Source of the DNA: Rudaea sp.
GTDB taxonomy: Bacteria > Pseudomonadota > Gammaproteobacteria > Xanthomonadales > Rhodanobacteraceae
NCBI GenBank assembly: GCA_050737915.1
Contig: JBOHYL010000019.1
Coordinates: 6,927 to 70,926 of the forward strand
Direction of reading: 5' to 3'
DNA: 64,000 nt
The position numbers were made by a program, and so were the translations under genes. Below are positions 46,066 to 55,854 of this stretch, in pieces; the first letter of the stretch is position 1; the number at the start of each line of letters is the position of its first letter. The notes beneath the pieces are model-generated. The model did no database searches. It was given only the letters and a program-made list of their open reading frames with translations, and was not told the origin of the DNA.

Positions 46066-46635
46066 TCAACGCCCGCCGTCACCGGCGCGCATCGCCGGCC
46101 ATGCGGCGCGCAGATAATCCAGTCCCGACCAGATCGTCAAAGCGGCGGCAATCACGAGCAAGGCCTCACCGACATGGAACAGTTTCAGGCCGGCCGACTC
46201 GTGCTGGTACAGCAACACCGCGATCGCAACGATCTGCATGATGGTCTTGATCTTGCCGAGCAGGGCCACCTTGACGAGTCCGCGCGCGCCGATTTCTGCC
46301 ATCCATTCGCGCAAAGCGGAAATCGCGATCTCGCGACCCACAATAATCGCGCTGACGATGGCCAGCAGCGGCGTCGGGTTTTCCTGCACCAGCAGGAACA
46401 GCGTCACTGCAACCATCAACTTATCGGCGACTGGATCGAGAAATGCTCCAAAACGCGAGTACATGTCGAAGCGGCGCGCAATGTAGCCGTCCAGCCAATC
46501 GGTTATGGCAGCGGCAAGAAACACCAAGGCCGCGGCGATGTTGGCGCCGTGCATCGGCGCGTAAAAAACCGCGACCATTACCGGCAACAGGGCGATGCGA
46601 AACAGGGTAAGCAGAGTGGGCAGGGTCAACCGCAT
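46066..46635 (-). CDS. pgsA: CDP-diacylglycerol--glycerol-3-phosphate 3-phosphatidyltransferase
   Basis: MRLTLPTLLTLFRIALLPVMV... matches the PgsA N-terminus, so I prefer ATG 46635. The track ORF starts at 46668. The CDP-alcohol motif DWLDGYIARR...GAFLDPVADK is present. Confidence 0.9.
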   Translation of the reverse strand: MRLTLPTLLTLFRIALLPVMVAVFYAPMHGANIAAALVFLAAAITDWLDGYIARRFDMYSRFGAFLDPVADKLMVAVTLFLLVQENPTPLLAIVSAIIVGREIAISALREWMAEIGARGLVKVALLGKIKTIMQIVAIAVLLYQHESAGLKLFHVGEALLVIAAALTIWSGLDYLRAAWPAMRAGDGGR

Positions 46636-46660
46636 CCGTGCGAGTGTGCCATGTTCGCGC

Positions 46661-48517
46661 TCATCCATGGAAGGCCGCGTAGATTCTGGCTGCCAGCTCG
46701 CGGCTTACGCCGCCGACCTGGGCCAGCTCGTCGATGCCTGCTGCGGCGACGCCACCGATGCCACCGAAATGCCGCAGCAGCGCCGAACGCCGTTTCGCAC
46801 CGACCCCGACAATCTCCTCCAGCCGGCTTTTCTCGCGCGCCTTCTCGCGGCGCTGGCGGTGGCCGGTGATGGCAAATCGATGCGCCTCGTCGCGCACACT
46901 CTGCAGGAGATGCAGTGCGGACGACTCCGGTCCCGGCCACAGAGTTTTTCCATTGTCGCCCCGGATCAGACTTTCGTGGCCAGCACGGCGGCCCGGACCC
47001 TTGGCCACGCCAACCACGAGCACCCCGCCAACTCCGAGATCCGCCAGTACTTCCAGCGCCTGCGCGACCTGACCCTTGCCACCATCGATCAACAGGATAT
47101 CCGGCAACACGCCCTCTCCTGCCTGCAAGCGCTTGTAGCGACGCTCTAACGCTTGGCGCATCGCGGCATAGTCATCGCCCGGCTCGATCCCGGCAATGTT
47201 GAAGCGCCGGTAATCGGATTTGACCGGGCCATCCGGCGCGTACACCACGCAGGACGCGACCGTGGCCTCGCCCAGGGTGTGGCTGATGTCGAAGCACTCC
47301 AGCCGCTGCGGGGTGTCGCCCAGTTCGAGCAGGTCGCGCAGTGCTGCGAAACGTTCATGCACAGTCTGCTGACTGGCCAGACGCGCGGCCAGCGCCGCTT
47401 GCGCGTTCTTGCGCGCCAGCTCGACGAAATGCGCGCGCCCGCTGCGCACCCGCGATTTGATTTCCACCGCGTGTCCGGCCTGCGCGGATAGCATCTCGCC
47501 AAGCATGTCTGCGTCGTCTGGCGCGTCGCTGGCCAGCAGCTCTCGCGGTACGGGTTTGTCCAGATAGTACTGAGCGATGAAGGCAGCGAGCACTGCCCCC
47601 GCATCGGCATCCGTAGGCAGACGCGGAAAAAAATCGCGCGAACCCAAATTCACCCCATTGCGGAAAAACAGCACTGACACACAGGCCAGACCGCCGTCGA
47701 TACTACAAGCCAACGCATCCAGGTCGGCGTTGGCGCCCTGCACGTGACTTTGCGCGTGCAAGCGCTTGAGCGTCGCGATAGCGTCGCGCGATTGCGCGGC
47801 CTTTTCAAATTCCAGCGCGGCACTGGCCGCTTCCATTGCCGCGGCGAGTTCCTCGACCACGTCCGTACTCTTGCCGTGCAGGAACAACGCCGCATGGCGC
47901 ACGCTACGCTGATACTCCTGCGCACCAATCAGGCCCACGCACGGAGCGCCGCAGCGTCCGATCTGATACTGCAGACAAGGTCGCGAGCGGTTGCGAAAAT
48001 AGCTGTCCTCGCACTGACGCACACGAAACAGTTTTTGCATCAAATCCAGGCTTTCACGTACCGCCCATGCACTCGGATACGGCCCGAAATACTCGCCCTT
48101 GCCGATTTTCGCACCACGATGAAACGCCAGGCGTGGAAACGTTTCCGGTGTAATCGTGTCGTCCCGCCGGGTGTCCCCGCTGCCAGCGGAAAGGTAGATG
48201 TACGGGTAGCTCTTGTCGTCGCGCAGCAAGATGTTATAGCGCGGTTTCTGACTCTTGATCAGTTGTGCTTCAAGCAGCAACGCCTCGGCCTCGGTGCGCG
48301 TCACGGTCACTTCGATGCGCGCGATCTGCGCGACCATTGCGGCAATGCGCGGTTGCAGATTCGGCTTTAGGAAATAACTGCCGACGCGTTTCTTCAGGCT
48401 GCCGGCCTTGCCTACGTACAAGGGCTCACCATGTACGTCGAGCATGCGATACACGCCCGGCGATGTGCTCAGGGTGCGGACGAATTCCCTGCCATTGAAC
48501 TTTTGCGCATTTTCCAC
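46661..48517 (-). CDS. uvrC: excinuclease ABC subunit C
   Basis: The GTG at 48517 (VENAQKFNGREFVRTLSTSPGVYRMLDVHGEPLYVGKAGSLKKRV) gives 618 aa, a typical UvrC size. It has a GIY-YIG motif, a UVR domain and C-terminal HhH. The track ORF to 48931 is a 5' extension into the upstream gene. Confidence 0.9.
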   Translation of the reverse strand: MENAQKFNGREFVRTLSTSPGVYRMLDVHGEPLYVGKAGSLKKRVGSYFLKPNLQPRIAAMVAQIARIEVTVTRTEAEALLLEAQLIKSQKPRYNILLRDDKSYPYIYLSAGSGDTRRDDTITPETFPRLAFHRGAKIGKGEYFGPYPSAWAVRESLDLMQKLFRVRQCEDSYFRNRSRPCLQYQIGRCGAPCVGLIGAQEYQRSVRHAALFLHGKSTDVVEELAAAMEAASAALEFEKAAQSRDAIATLKRLHAQSHVQGANADLDALACSIDGGLACVSVLFFRNGVNLGSRDFFPRLPTDADAGAVLAAFIAQYYLDKPVPRELLASDAPDDADMLGEMLSAQAGHAVEIKSRVRSGRAHFVELARKNAQAALAARLASQQTVHERFAALRDLLELGDTPQRLECFDISHTLGEATVASCVVYAPDGPVKSDYRRFNIAGIEPGDDYAAMRQALERRYKRLQAGEGVLPDILLIDGGKGQVAQALEVLADLGVGGVLVVGVAKGPGRRAGHESLIRGDNGKTLWPGPESSALHLLQSVRDEAHRFAITGHRQRREKAREKSRLEEIVGVGAKRRSALLRHFGGIGGVAAAGIDELAQVGGVSRELAARIYAAFHG

Positions 48518-48519
48518 AT

Positions 48520-49947
48520 TTACTCGCCGATTGTCAGGCGCCTGATCTTGCCATTGCCCAAGTCGACGCGCACGATCTCGTGCACGTTGGTGTTGGCAAT
48601 CCATAGCGCACCCGCGCCCAGGGCCAGTCCCGCCGGTTCGCTCAGGGTGTAGGGCAGATTCAGCGTGCGCACCTCGCCACTGCGCAAATTCAATGCCTTG
48701 ATCCGGGCGTTGTAGCTGTCGGCTACGAAAACCAGGCCACGCGGGTCGGCACAGGCGGCGAGCGGGTGTTGCAAGCGTGTATCTTCGCGTTTGCCGGCGA
48801 CGTCGCCGAAATCGTACAGACCGCTGCCGATCAGGGTGCTGACGCGGTTGTCCAGCAGCCTCAGCAAGCGAATCGCGGATGCCGCCGCATCCGTCACCAC
48901 GAGCTGCTGGCCGACCAGGCTGAGGCAGCACGGCTGGGCGAAGCTCGCGGTCACGCCCACGCCATCGGTCAGACCCAACTGACCACTGCCGGCCAGCACC
49001 ACCAGTTTGCTGCGCAGCGTATCGAGCTGCCAGATCTGGTTCTGGCCGGAAACGGCAATGTAGAGATTGTCCCCCAGTAGCGCGACGTCAGCCGGCGCGG
49101 ACATCGCCAGTTTAGTCGGCTCGGTATATTCGTTTGGCAGATCGTGCCCACGTGTGCCGGTACCGGCCACGGTTTCCACCTCGCCGTTGAGCAGGCGGAT
49201 ACGGCGCACGGCATGATTGCCGGTATCGGCCACGTACAGCGCATCCTTGCCCGCTGCCAGACCATGTGGATCCGTGAAACCGGCGTCGCTGCCACGTCCG
49301 TCCCAGTAGCCGGGATTGCCCGAGCCGAATTGGCGCAGGATGCGGCCTTCGTGCGTGCATTCCAGAATCCGGTTGTGGCCGGTGTCGGCGATCCACAAAC
49401 TGGTATCGCCCAGCGCCAGCCGGGTTGGAAAGCGCAGCGGCGAACGCGCTTCCGGCCGTACCGTGGCAACGTCGGATTCGTACACGCGCAGATCGTGCGT
49501 GGCCGCTTCGTCGAGCAAATGTCCGATCAGGGCATCGGCTTCCTCGCGTCGGCCTTCACCGGGCAACAACGCCGCAAGCTGGCCCTGTGCGTCGATCACG
49601 GCCAGGGTCGGCCACGCCTGCACGCCATAGGCCTGCCAGAGCAGATATTCCGGGTCGTTTGCAACCGGATGGCGGATGTGATTGCGATTGACCGCCTTGA
49701 GTACGGGCTCGCTTTGCCGCTGGTACGCGTACTTGGGCGTGTGCACGCCGATCACGCTCAGGCCGTCGTGGTATTTGTTCTCCAGATAGCGCAAATCCGG
49801 AAGAATATTGCGGCAATTGACGCAATCGAACGTCCAGAAATGCAGCACAGTCACACGACCGCGCAAACCCGCCAGCGTGGGCGCCGAGTCGCTATTGACC
49901 CAGTCGAGCGAGGTGGGCAGTTCCGGCGCGGCGATTCTGGCATTCAT
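48520..49947 (-). CDS. thioredoxin-fold (redoxin, CxxC) domain fused to an NHL-repeat beta-propeller
   Basis: 475 aa. The N-terminus VTVLHFWTFDCVNCRNILPDL has a CVNC redox motif. The C-terminus has repeated ...LYVADTGNHAVRRI..., ...LWIADTGHNRILE... and ...VFVADSYNARIK... NHL blades. Confidence 0.8.
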   Translation of the reverse strand: MNARIAAPELPTSLDWVNSDSAPTLAGLRGRVTVLHFWTFDCVNCRNILPDLRYLENKYHDGLSVIGVHTPKYAYQRQSEPVLKAVNRNHIRHPVANDPEYLLWQAYGVQAWPTLAVIDAQGQLAALLPGEGRREEADALIGHLLDEAATHDLRVYESDVATVRPEARSPLRFPTRLALGDTSLWIADTGHNRILECTHEGRILRQFGSGNPGYWDGRGSDAGFTDPHGLAAGKDALYVADTGNHAVRRIRLLNGEVETVAGTGTRGHDLPNEYTEPTKLAMSAPADVALLGDNLYIAVSGQNQIWQLDTLRSKLVVLAGSGQLGLTDGVGVTASFAQPCCLSLVGQQLVVTDAAASAIRLLRLLDNRVSTLIGSGLYDFGDVAGKREDTRLQHPLAACADPRGLVFVADSYNARIKALNLRSGEVRTLNLPYTLSEPAGLALGAGALWIANTNVHEIVRVDLGNGKIRRLTIGE

Positions 49948-49968
49948 GGACGGCGAAAGCTCCTGCGG

Positions 49969-50745
49969 TCAGGCGTCATTATTGCGCACAATGGTATCCA
50001 CCCGCGCGAGATCCTCGGGCGTATCCACGCCTGCCGGGAAATGCTCCGGCGCCAAGCCCAAGCCAATGCGAAATCCATGTTCCAGCGCTCGCAACTGCTC
50101 CAGCGATTCCGCACGCTCCGCAGGCGTTGGAGGCAATTGCGCGAAACGGCGCAGAAAACCAGCCCGGTACGCGTAGATGCCGATATGGCGCAAACAGGTC
50201 ACGTCAGTGGGCAGCGCTTCGCGCGTGCGCGCGAACGCATCACGAGCCCACGGCACCGGTGCGCGCGAGAAATACAGCGCATGGCCGTCTGACGTTGCCA
50301 CGACCTTGACGCAATTCGGATCAAACATTTCCGTTACCGTGCGGATCGGTGTGGCCAGCGTGGCCATCGGCGCATCGTCTGTGGCCAACAATCCGGCGAC
50401 AGCGCGAATGCCGCTCGGCGGCGCCAGCGGTTCGTCACCTTGCAGATTCACGATGATTGCAGCATCCGGCCAGCCGAGCGTCGCAGCGCATTCTGCTAAT
50501 CGATCGCTGCCGCAGATGTGATCGGCGCGCGTCATTACCACGCGCACCGGCGCCGCCTGCAAGGCGGCGGCGACGCGTTCGTCATCGACTGCAACCACGA
50601 CCTCGGCGGCACCCGCCGCGAGCGCACGCCGCGCTACCTGCAACACCATCGGTTCGCCGGCGATCGGCGCTAACGGTTTGCCCGGCAGTCGCGTGGAGGC
50701 GTAGCGCGCCGGAATGGCAACGAAGAATGGCGGTACAGTACTCAT
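49969..50745 (-). CDS. kdsB: 3-deoxy-manno-octulosonate cytidylyltransferase
   Basis: The real start is MSTVPPFFVAIPARYASTRLPGKPL at ATG 50745, giving 258 aa. Confidence 0.92.
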   Translation of the reverse strand: MSTVPPFFVAIPARYASTRLPGKPLAPIAGEPMVLQVARRALAAGAAEVVVAVDDERVAAALQAAPVRVVMTRADHICGSDRLAECAATLGWPDAAIIVNLQGDEPLAPPSGIRAVAGLLATDDAPMATLATPIRTVTEMFDPNCVKVVATSDGHALYFSRAPVPWARDAFARTREALPTDVTCLRHIGIYAYRAGFLRRFAQLPPTPAERAESLEQLRALEHGFRIGLGLAPEHFPAGVDTPEDLARVDTIVRNNDA

Positions 50746-50752
50746 GCGCACC

Positions 50753-52000
50753 TCACGTTCGCGCAGCGTACTTGTGCGCAACATATTCCTCGACGATCGC
50801 TACGAACTCCTGCGCGATATGTTCGCCGCGCAAGGTGCGCGCCTTGAGTCCGTCGATGAAAACCGGTGCGGCTGGCGCCTCGCCGGTGCCGGGCAGGGAA
50901 ATACCAATGTCGGCGTGACGCGATTCGCCCGGACCGTTGACGACGCAGCCCATCACCGCCAGAGTGAGGTTCTCCACGCCATCGTACTTGACGCGCCATT
51001 CGGGCATTTTCGCGCGCACATGATCCTGTACGGTCTTGGCCAGCTCCTGGAACAGCGAACTGGTGGTGCGACCGCAACCCGGACACGCGGTGACCAACGG
51101 GGTGAACGCGCGCAGACCCATCGTCTGCAATAACTCCTGCGCCACGATCACCTCGCGCGTACGCGACTCGTCGGGCTCGGGGGTGAGCGAGATGCGGATG
51201 GTGTCGCCGATGCCTTCTTGCAGCAGCACGGCCAGGGCCGCGGTTGAGGCGACGATGCCTTTGCTGCCCAGACCCGCCTCAGTCAGACCCAAATGCAAGG
51301 CATAGTCGCAACGCGCGGCCAGGTCGCGGTAAACGGTGATCAATTCTTGCACTCCAGAAACCTTGCAAGACAACAAGATACGATCGCTAGTTAATCCTAA
51401 TTCTTCTGCCCGTGCAGCGGAATCCAGTGCGGATCGAATCAGCGCCTCGCGCGCCACGCGGGCGGCATCCCAGGGTGTGGCGCGAACGTGATTTTCGTCC
51501 ATCAGTTCCGCCAGCAGGGCTTGATCGAGCGAGCCCCAATTCGCGCCGATCCGCACCGGCTTGGCGTTCTCCAGCGCGATCTCGACGATCGCGGAAAACT
51601 GCGCATCGCGCTTCTTGCCAAAGCCGACATTGCCCGGATTGATGCGGTACTTGGCCAGGGCCCGCGCACAGGCAGGTTCGGCGGTGAGCAACTGGTGACC
51701 GTTGTAATGAAAATCGCCGATCAAGGGCACGCCCGCACCCATCATGTCCAGGCGCTCGCGGATACGGGGCACGGCAGCCGCCGCTGTGGGCGTATTCACG
51801 GTGATGCGTACCAGTTCCGATCCTGCCCGCGCCAGTTCGGCAACCTGTCGGGCTGTGGCCGCAACGTCGGCCGTATCGGTGTTGGTCATCGATTGCACGA
51901 CGACGGGCGCGCCGCCACCCACGCGCACACCGCCGACGGTGACGCCCACGCTGTGGCGCCGCGGCAGCGCCGCCGCTTGCGTTGGTTCCGAAGGAGTCAT
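50753..52000 (-). CDS. ispG: 4-hydroxy-3-methylbut-2-en-1-yl diphosphate synthase
   Basis: 415 aa, with [12 protein letters not shown] and the C-terminal Fe-S cysteines (ACPGCGRT...GCVVNGPGE). Confidence 0.95.
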   Translation of the reverse strand: MTPSEPTQAAALPRRHSVGVTVGGVRVGGGAPVVVQSMTNTDTADVAATARQVAELARAGSELVRITVNTPTAAAAVPRIRERLDMMGAGVPLIGDFHYNGHQLLTAEPACARALAKYRINPGNVGFGKKRDAQFSAIVEIALENAKPVRIGANWGSLDQALLAELMDENHVRATPWDAARVAREALIRSALDSAARAEELGLTSDRILLSCKVSGVQELITVYRDLAARCDYALHLGLTEAGLGSKGIVASTAALAVLLQEGIGDTIRISLTPEPDESRTREVIVAQELLQTMGLRAFTPLVTACPGCGRTTSSLFQELAKTVQDHVRAKMPEWRVKYDGVENLTLAVMGCVVNGPGESRHADIGISLPGTGEAPAAPVFIDGLKARTLRGEHIAQEFVAIVEEYVAHKYAART

Positions 52001-52073
52001 TGCCGATCCAAGATTGCCTCTGCAGCAGCGGAAGGATTCGCCACGCTGCTGTCAATGCCGCAGGATAACTCGA

Positions 52074-53804
52074 TCAGGCGGGACTCTCCAGCCGCGCATC
52101 CGCATCGTCGTTGGCTGCCGGCACTGCATCAACCGCCTCGTCGGCAGTATCAGGCGCCACCATTTCCACGCGGAAATAGCCGCCCCCGTTGTCGCTGCAA
52201 CGCACACCGCGCAGGGACTCGATGGAAGGTTCCACCGGCCAGCTGAACGGATCGCCGGGCCGAGTCAACTCGATTTCGCCGCTGTCGCGGTCGAACAACG
52301 CCGGCACCACGATCACCGGCGTGCCGCCATTCGGGTCTTGCAACGCCAGCGCGCGCATCGCTGCGCGAGGCACGCCGTTGCTATCGAAACTGCGTACCGC
52401 CGCCGGCTGTGCCCGCCGTGCCAGCAATTCCACGCCGGCCTGCATGCTGCCATCGCCCTCGATCCGCAACCAGCGGATCGCGCCGATCATCCAGTCGCGC
52501 GATTCATCGTCGTCGGCCGGCGGCGCCAGACCGAGCAACTCGCCGACTTTCACGCGGATTCCATCAATACTGTCCCAAGCGAGCCGATAGCCGCCAAGAC
52601 TCTGGTCGAGCACGCGCGCCGGGATGCGGCGGATGCGTGGCCCTGCACTCGCATTTGTCCATGCGGCAGCGCGGTCGCTCTCGTGAAGGGTGATCGCCAC
52701 ACCGCGGGTCTTGACCAGAAACCCCTCGAAATCCATGCCTCCCGCCAACACGTAATGCAAATCGTGCAGGCCTATCACCGATTCGAGCATATGCCCTGCG
52801 GACAAGCGTTGCTGGACGCGATCACTGGCCACATCCCACACTCGCAGCAAGCGCGCAACGAAATCGATTGCCACCTTGATCGACGCGCCGCGCGCGCCGA
52901 ATTCGGTCGCCGTGGTACCCGGCGCCAGCAAGGCCAGATGGCCTTCCAGAAAACGCACCAACCCGCTGATTTCCAGTGCCCACAGGCCGGCGTCCGGCGT
53001 TTCGCGTTCTTCCGGCAAATAGCCAAGACTGCGATCGGAGTCAGTGCGGATGGCGATGGCGCCTGCAGGCGCGCGCCCTTCGCGCAGCTCGCAATGCGAG
53101 GCCCACAAGCCGGTCAACTGATAAATGTCGCTGTTCTCGCGCTGAGTGAAACGGTACGGATTCGACAGTGCGAACAGCAATGCATGGATGTAGGCCAGAC
53201 GCACGTTCGTCTGGCCAGCGCCACGCAGCGATTCGATCACGGGTTTTTCGTCAACGCCGACGGCAACCGCGAAACGGAACAGGTCGTGCAGGTTCTGCCA
53301 CGCGCCTGGCGGCGGCGCGCGGTAGCCAAGGTACGCCTGGTACAGAAAGCCGCCGCGATAGCCAAGCGCACGCACCAGCGCCAGCGCGGCTGCCTTTCCG
53401 CGCAGGAATGGTACCGCGCCGGCGGGAGCGCACATATCGTGCACCGCTGCGCAATAACCCAATGCAAGCTCGTGTTCGAAATCCTGCGCGAGCTGGCCGA
53501 GCTGCCGCTTCTGTGGCGGCAGCGGAAAACTTTCGGCGATTACCTGTCTGCCAAGCGAGGAGACGATCGTACCTACTGGCTCGCGCAGCATTTCCAGCGC
53601 ATCGATGCGCTGTTGCGGATCGATACGCAGCTGATTCATCTCGCGCAATGCGACGATCAGCAGGCGTGAGGTAGCCGCGGGATTGGCCAGTGGCAGTTGT
53701 CCCAGCCACTGGCGTAACGATTTCGCGTCGGTAGCGAACGAATTGCGGCGTGGAACATGCCGCTCGGGCAGTCCCTCAGCCAATCGTTCGAACAACGAAC
53801 TCAT
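52074..53804 (-). CDS. large hypothetical protein with a C-terminal PilZ-like motif (RRIPAR..DQSLGG)
   Basis: A clean 576-aa ORF with G+C-rich third positions like its neighbours. I recognise no enzymatic motifs. The motif is at codons 390-405 (nt 52590-52637). Confidence 0.55.
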   Translation of the reverse strand: MSSLFERLAEGLPERHVPRRNSFATDAKSLRQWLGQLPLANPAATSRLLIVALREMNQLRIDPQQRIDALEMLREPVGTIVSSLGRQVIAESFPLPPQKRQLGQLAQDFEHELALGYCAAVHDMCAPAGAVPFLRGKAAALALVRALGYRGGFLYQAYLGYRAPPPGAWQNLHDLFRFAVAVGVDEKPVIESLRGAGQTNVRLAYIHALLFALSNPYRFTQRENSDIYQLTGLWASHCELREGRAPAGAIAIRTDSDRSLGYLPEERETPDAGLWALEISGLVRFLEGHLALLAPGTTATEFGARGASIKVAIDFVARLLRVWDVASDRVQQRLSAGHMLESVIGLHDLHYVLAGGMDFEGFLVKTRGVAITLHESDRAAAWTNASAGPRIRRIPARVLDQSLGGYRLAWDSIDGIRVKVGELLGLAPPADDDESRDWMIGAIRWLRIEGDGSMQAGVELLARRAQPAAVRSFDSNGVPRAAMRALALQDPNGGTPVIVVPALFDRDSGEIELTRPGDPFSWPVEPSIESLRGVRCSDNGGGYFRVEMVAPDTADEAVDAVPAANDDADARLESPA

Positions 53805-53850
53805 TGTCAGACCCCTGTCATCTGCGGCGCCAGTATACTCCTCCGCCGCT

Positions 53851-55812
53851 TCAGGCGCCCCGCAATGCCCGTGTCAGCACGCGCCGTAAAATGCGCTCGG
53901 CAACGCCTCGCGGCCGGGCCAGGCCCATGCGCGCAAGCAGCGGCTCGTCCTGTGCACGTGGCGATCCTCGCCAAAGCGCTCCGACGCTGAAAGCGGCCAG
54001 GCGCGGCCTGCTCGTCGCCAGCGCCTGCAAGCGCTGCAACGCCGGCAGCAATGCCAATTCCACCGCGTCGAAATCGCTGCCGAAGGGAAACCGCGGAAAC
54101 CGATCGCGCTGGGGCGCCAGCGCAGCCGCCAGTCGCTCCGGAGTGTTGCGCCGCCACGCTGCCGGCAATACAAAATTCCGATGCAGTTTGCCGCTGGCTT
54201 TCGCCTGCGTCGCCAGTTCGTCGACGCAGCGCGCATCAGCGATCGCGAGCATGGCGACAATGCATTCTTCGTCGGATTTGCCGCGCAGGTCGGCGATGCC
54301 ATATTCGGTGATGTAGATATCGCGCAGATGGCGCGGAATCGTGACCTGACCGTAGTTCCAGCGAATGTTCGAGTGCAATTTGCCGCCGCTGCGCCGGGTG
54401 CTGCGCAACAGCAGGATCGAACGTCCGCCGGCGAGCGCATGCGCCATCGCCACGAAGTTGTACTGGCCGCCGACGCCGCTGACAACCTGGCCGTCTTCGA
54501 GCGTATCGGAAACGGCCGCACCGAGCAGGGTCGCCATCATGCAGGTGTTGAAAAATCGCGCGTCGCGGTGCTGAAGGGCATTCAGCGTCGCGTGCTCGCC
54601 GTAGAGTTGGTTGATGTCCGACACGCGCGTCATCGACAGCCCGTCGAAATCTGCGCCGCGCAGATCGCGCAACCATGTGTAGAAATCTTTCGAACCCAGA
54701 TAGAACGCACCGCGCAGGTAGCGCCCATCGCTGCGCCGCGAAACATCCACGCTGCGGCCCAGCGCCAGAGCTTTTTCGACGTCAAGATCGTCGAACACGC
54801 GGCGTTTGAGAATTCCCGCACGCGCCAAATGCATGAATCCGTCCATCACCATTTCACTGGCGCCATACACGCCGTGCGCGAACGGATCGAGCCCACCGCA
54901 ATTGTCGGGGCCACTGGCATGGCCAAGCGCCATCAGTGCCGCGCGATAGTCTGCGTTATGCACATGCCGCAGCAAAAGTGCATGTACCAACGCGTCGGAC
55001 AGTACGCCGATACCGATCTGCAAGGTGCCGCCATCGCGCACCAGGCTACTGGCGTGCAGCCCGAGCGCGTATTCGGCGATATCGACTTGGGCGCGCGGCA
55101 GCGCAAATAGCGTGTGCGCGGAAGCCGGATCGTCCAGCACAATGTCGAAGAATGCTGCGTCCGTTTCTGCTTCGTTGCCGATGTACGGCAAGTCCGGGTG
55201 AATCACGCCGACTACCAGCGGTCGCGGCGCACCGATCGCAGCCATGCGCTCGAGCAGATCCGCGCTAACATCCGGATTGCAGGCCAGGCTGTAACGCCGT
55301 TGCGCGCCCTGCCCGCGTGCCGCAATCAACTGCGCGACCGCGTTGATGCCAATGCCGGCCAGATCGCGCGCCACATGCGTATAGTTGAGGCTGGCGTAGT
55401 CGCGCTGCGATTGTGCCACGCCGAGCATCGCACCGGATTGCAGATAAAACTCGTGCACACGGATATTGGCCGGCAGCGCATTCGCATGCTGTGCCGCGAC
55501 CCAGGCCAGATCAGGGTAGTCCTTGCCGAAATTCCGTTCGAGAAACGGCGCGAGAAAGCGCCGTTCCAGATCACTCTTCGGTGTGGGCCGCGCCAGCGAC
55601 AAGGCGGTATAGATATCCAGCTTCAGCGCCGGATCGCGCGCCGCCTGCGCATAGATCGCGTTGAGCAGCACGTTCGGCTTGCCCAACCCCAGCGGCGTGG
55701 CCAGACGCAGGGTCCCGCGCGCATGCGCGAGGATGCGCGCCAGGCAGGTGGAGGTGTCGCTGAGCAGTTCCGGCATGTCGCCATCATCGCAGATCGTGCC
55801 GGATACTTGCAC
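53851..55812 (-). CDS. acetyl-CoA hydrolase/transferase family protein
   Basis: 653 aa. It has ATPLGLGKPN...IYTALSL in the N-terminal part and GQVVSGVGGQYNFVAMAH in the C-terminal part. These are typical of the acetyl-CoA hydrolase/4-hydroxybutyrate CoA-transferase superfamily. The start may be ATG 55776 (MPELL...). Confidence 0.8.
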   Translation of the reverse strand: MQVSGTICDDGDMPELLSDTSTCLARILAHARGTLRLATPLGLGKPNVLLNAIYAQAARDPALKLDIYTALSLARPTPKSDLERRFLAPFLERNFGKDYPDLAWVAAQHANALPANIRVHEFYLQSGAMLGVAQSQRDYASLNYTHVARDLAGIGINAVAQLIAARGQGAQRRYSLACNPDVSADLLERMAAIGAPRPLVVGVIHPDLPYIGNEAETDAAFFDIVLDDPASAHTLFALPRAQVDIAEYALGLHASSLVRDGGTLQIGIGVLSDALVHALLLRHVHNADYRAALMALGHASGPDNCGGLDPFAHGVYGASEMVMDGFMHLARAGILKRRVFDDLDVEKALALGRSVDVSRRSDGRYLRGAFYLGSKDFYTWLRDLRGADFDGLSMTRVSDINQLYGEHATLNALQHRDARFFNTCMMATLLGAAVSDTLEDGQVVSGVGGQYNFVAMAHALAGGRSILLLRSTRRSGGKLHSNIRWNYGQVTIPRHLRDIYITEYGIADLRGKSDEECIVAMLAIADARCVDELATQAKASGKLHRNFVLPAAWRRNTPERLAAALAPQRDRFPRFPFGSDFDAVELALLPALQRLQALATSRPRLAAFSVGALWRGSPRAQDEPLLARMGLARPRGVAERILRRVLTRALRGA

Positions 55813-55854
55813 ATTCCGTGCGCGGCTTGGGTATCATCGGCGCGGGAGGGTGGC

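Noticed and set aside
51744-53669. 641-aa + strand ORF, plus similar long shadow ORFs at 23110-24702, 26462-27814, 40908-42236, 55903-56949, 57874-58884 and 61538-63058
   Set aside because: All are antisense to, or out of frame with, well-supported genes. All are Arg/Ala/Gly/His-rich, and several span gene boundaries. I treat them as G+C-driven artefacts.
55807-55837. Sigma-70 promoter TTGCAC...TATCAT upstream of the cNMP-oxidoreductase gene
   Set aside because: The spacer is 19 nt, outside the usual 16-18 range. I note it only as a weak candidate and do not report it as a feature.
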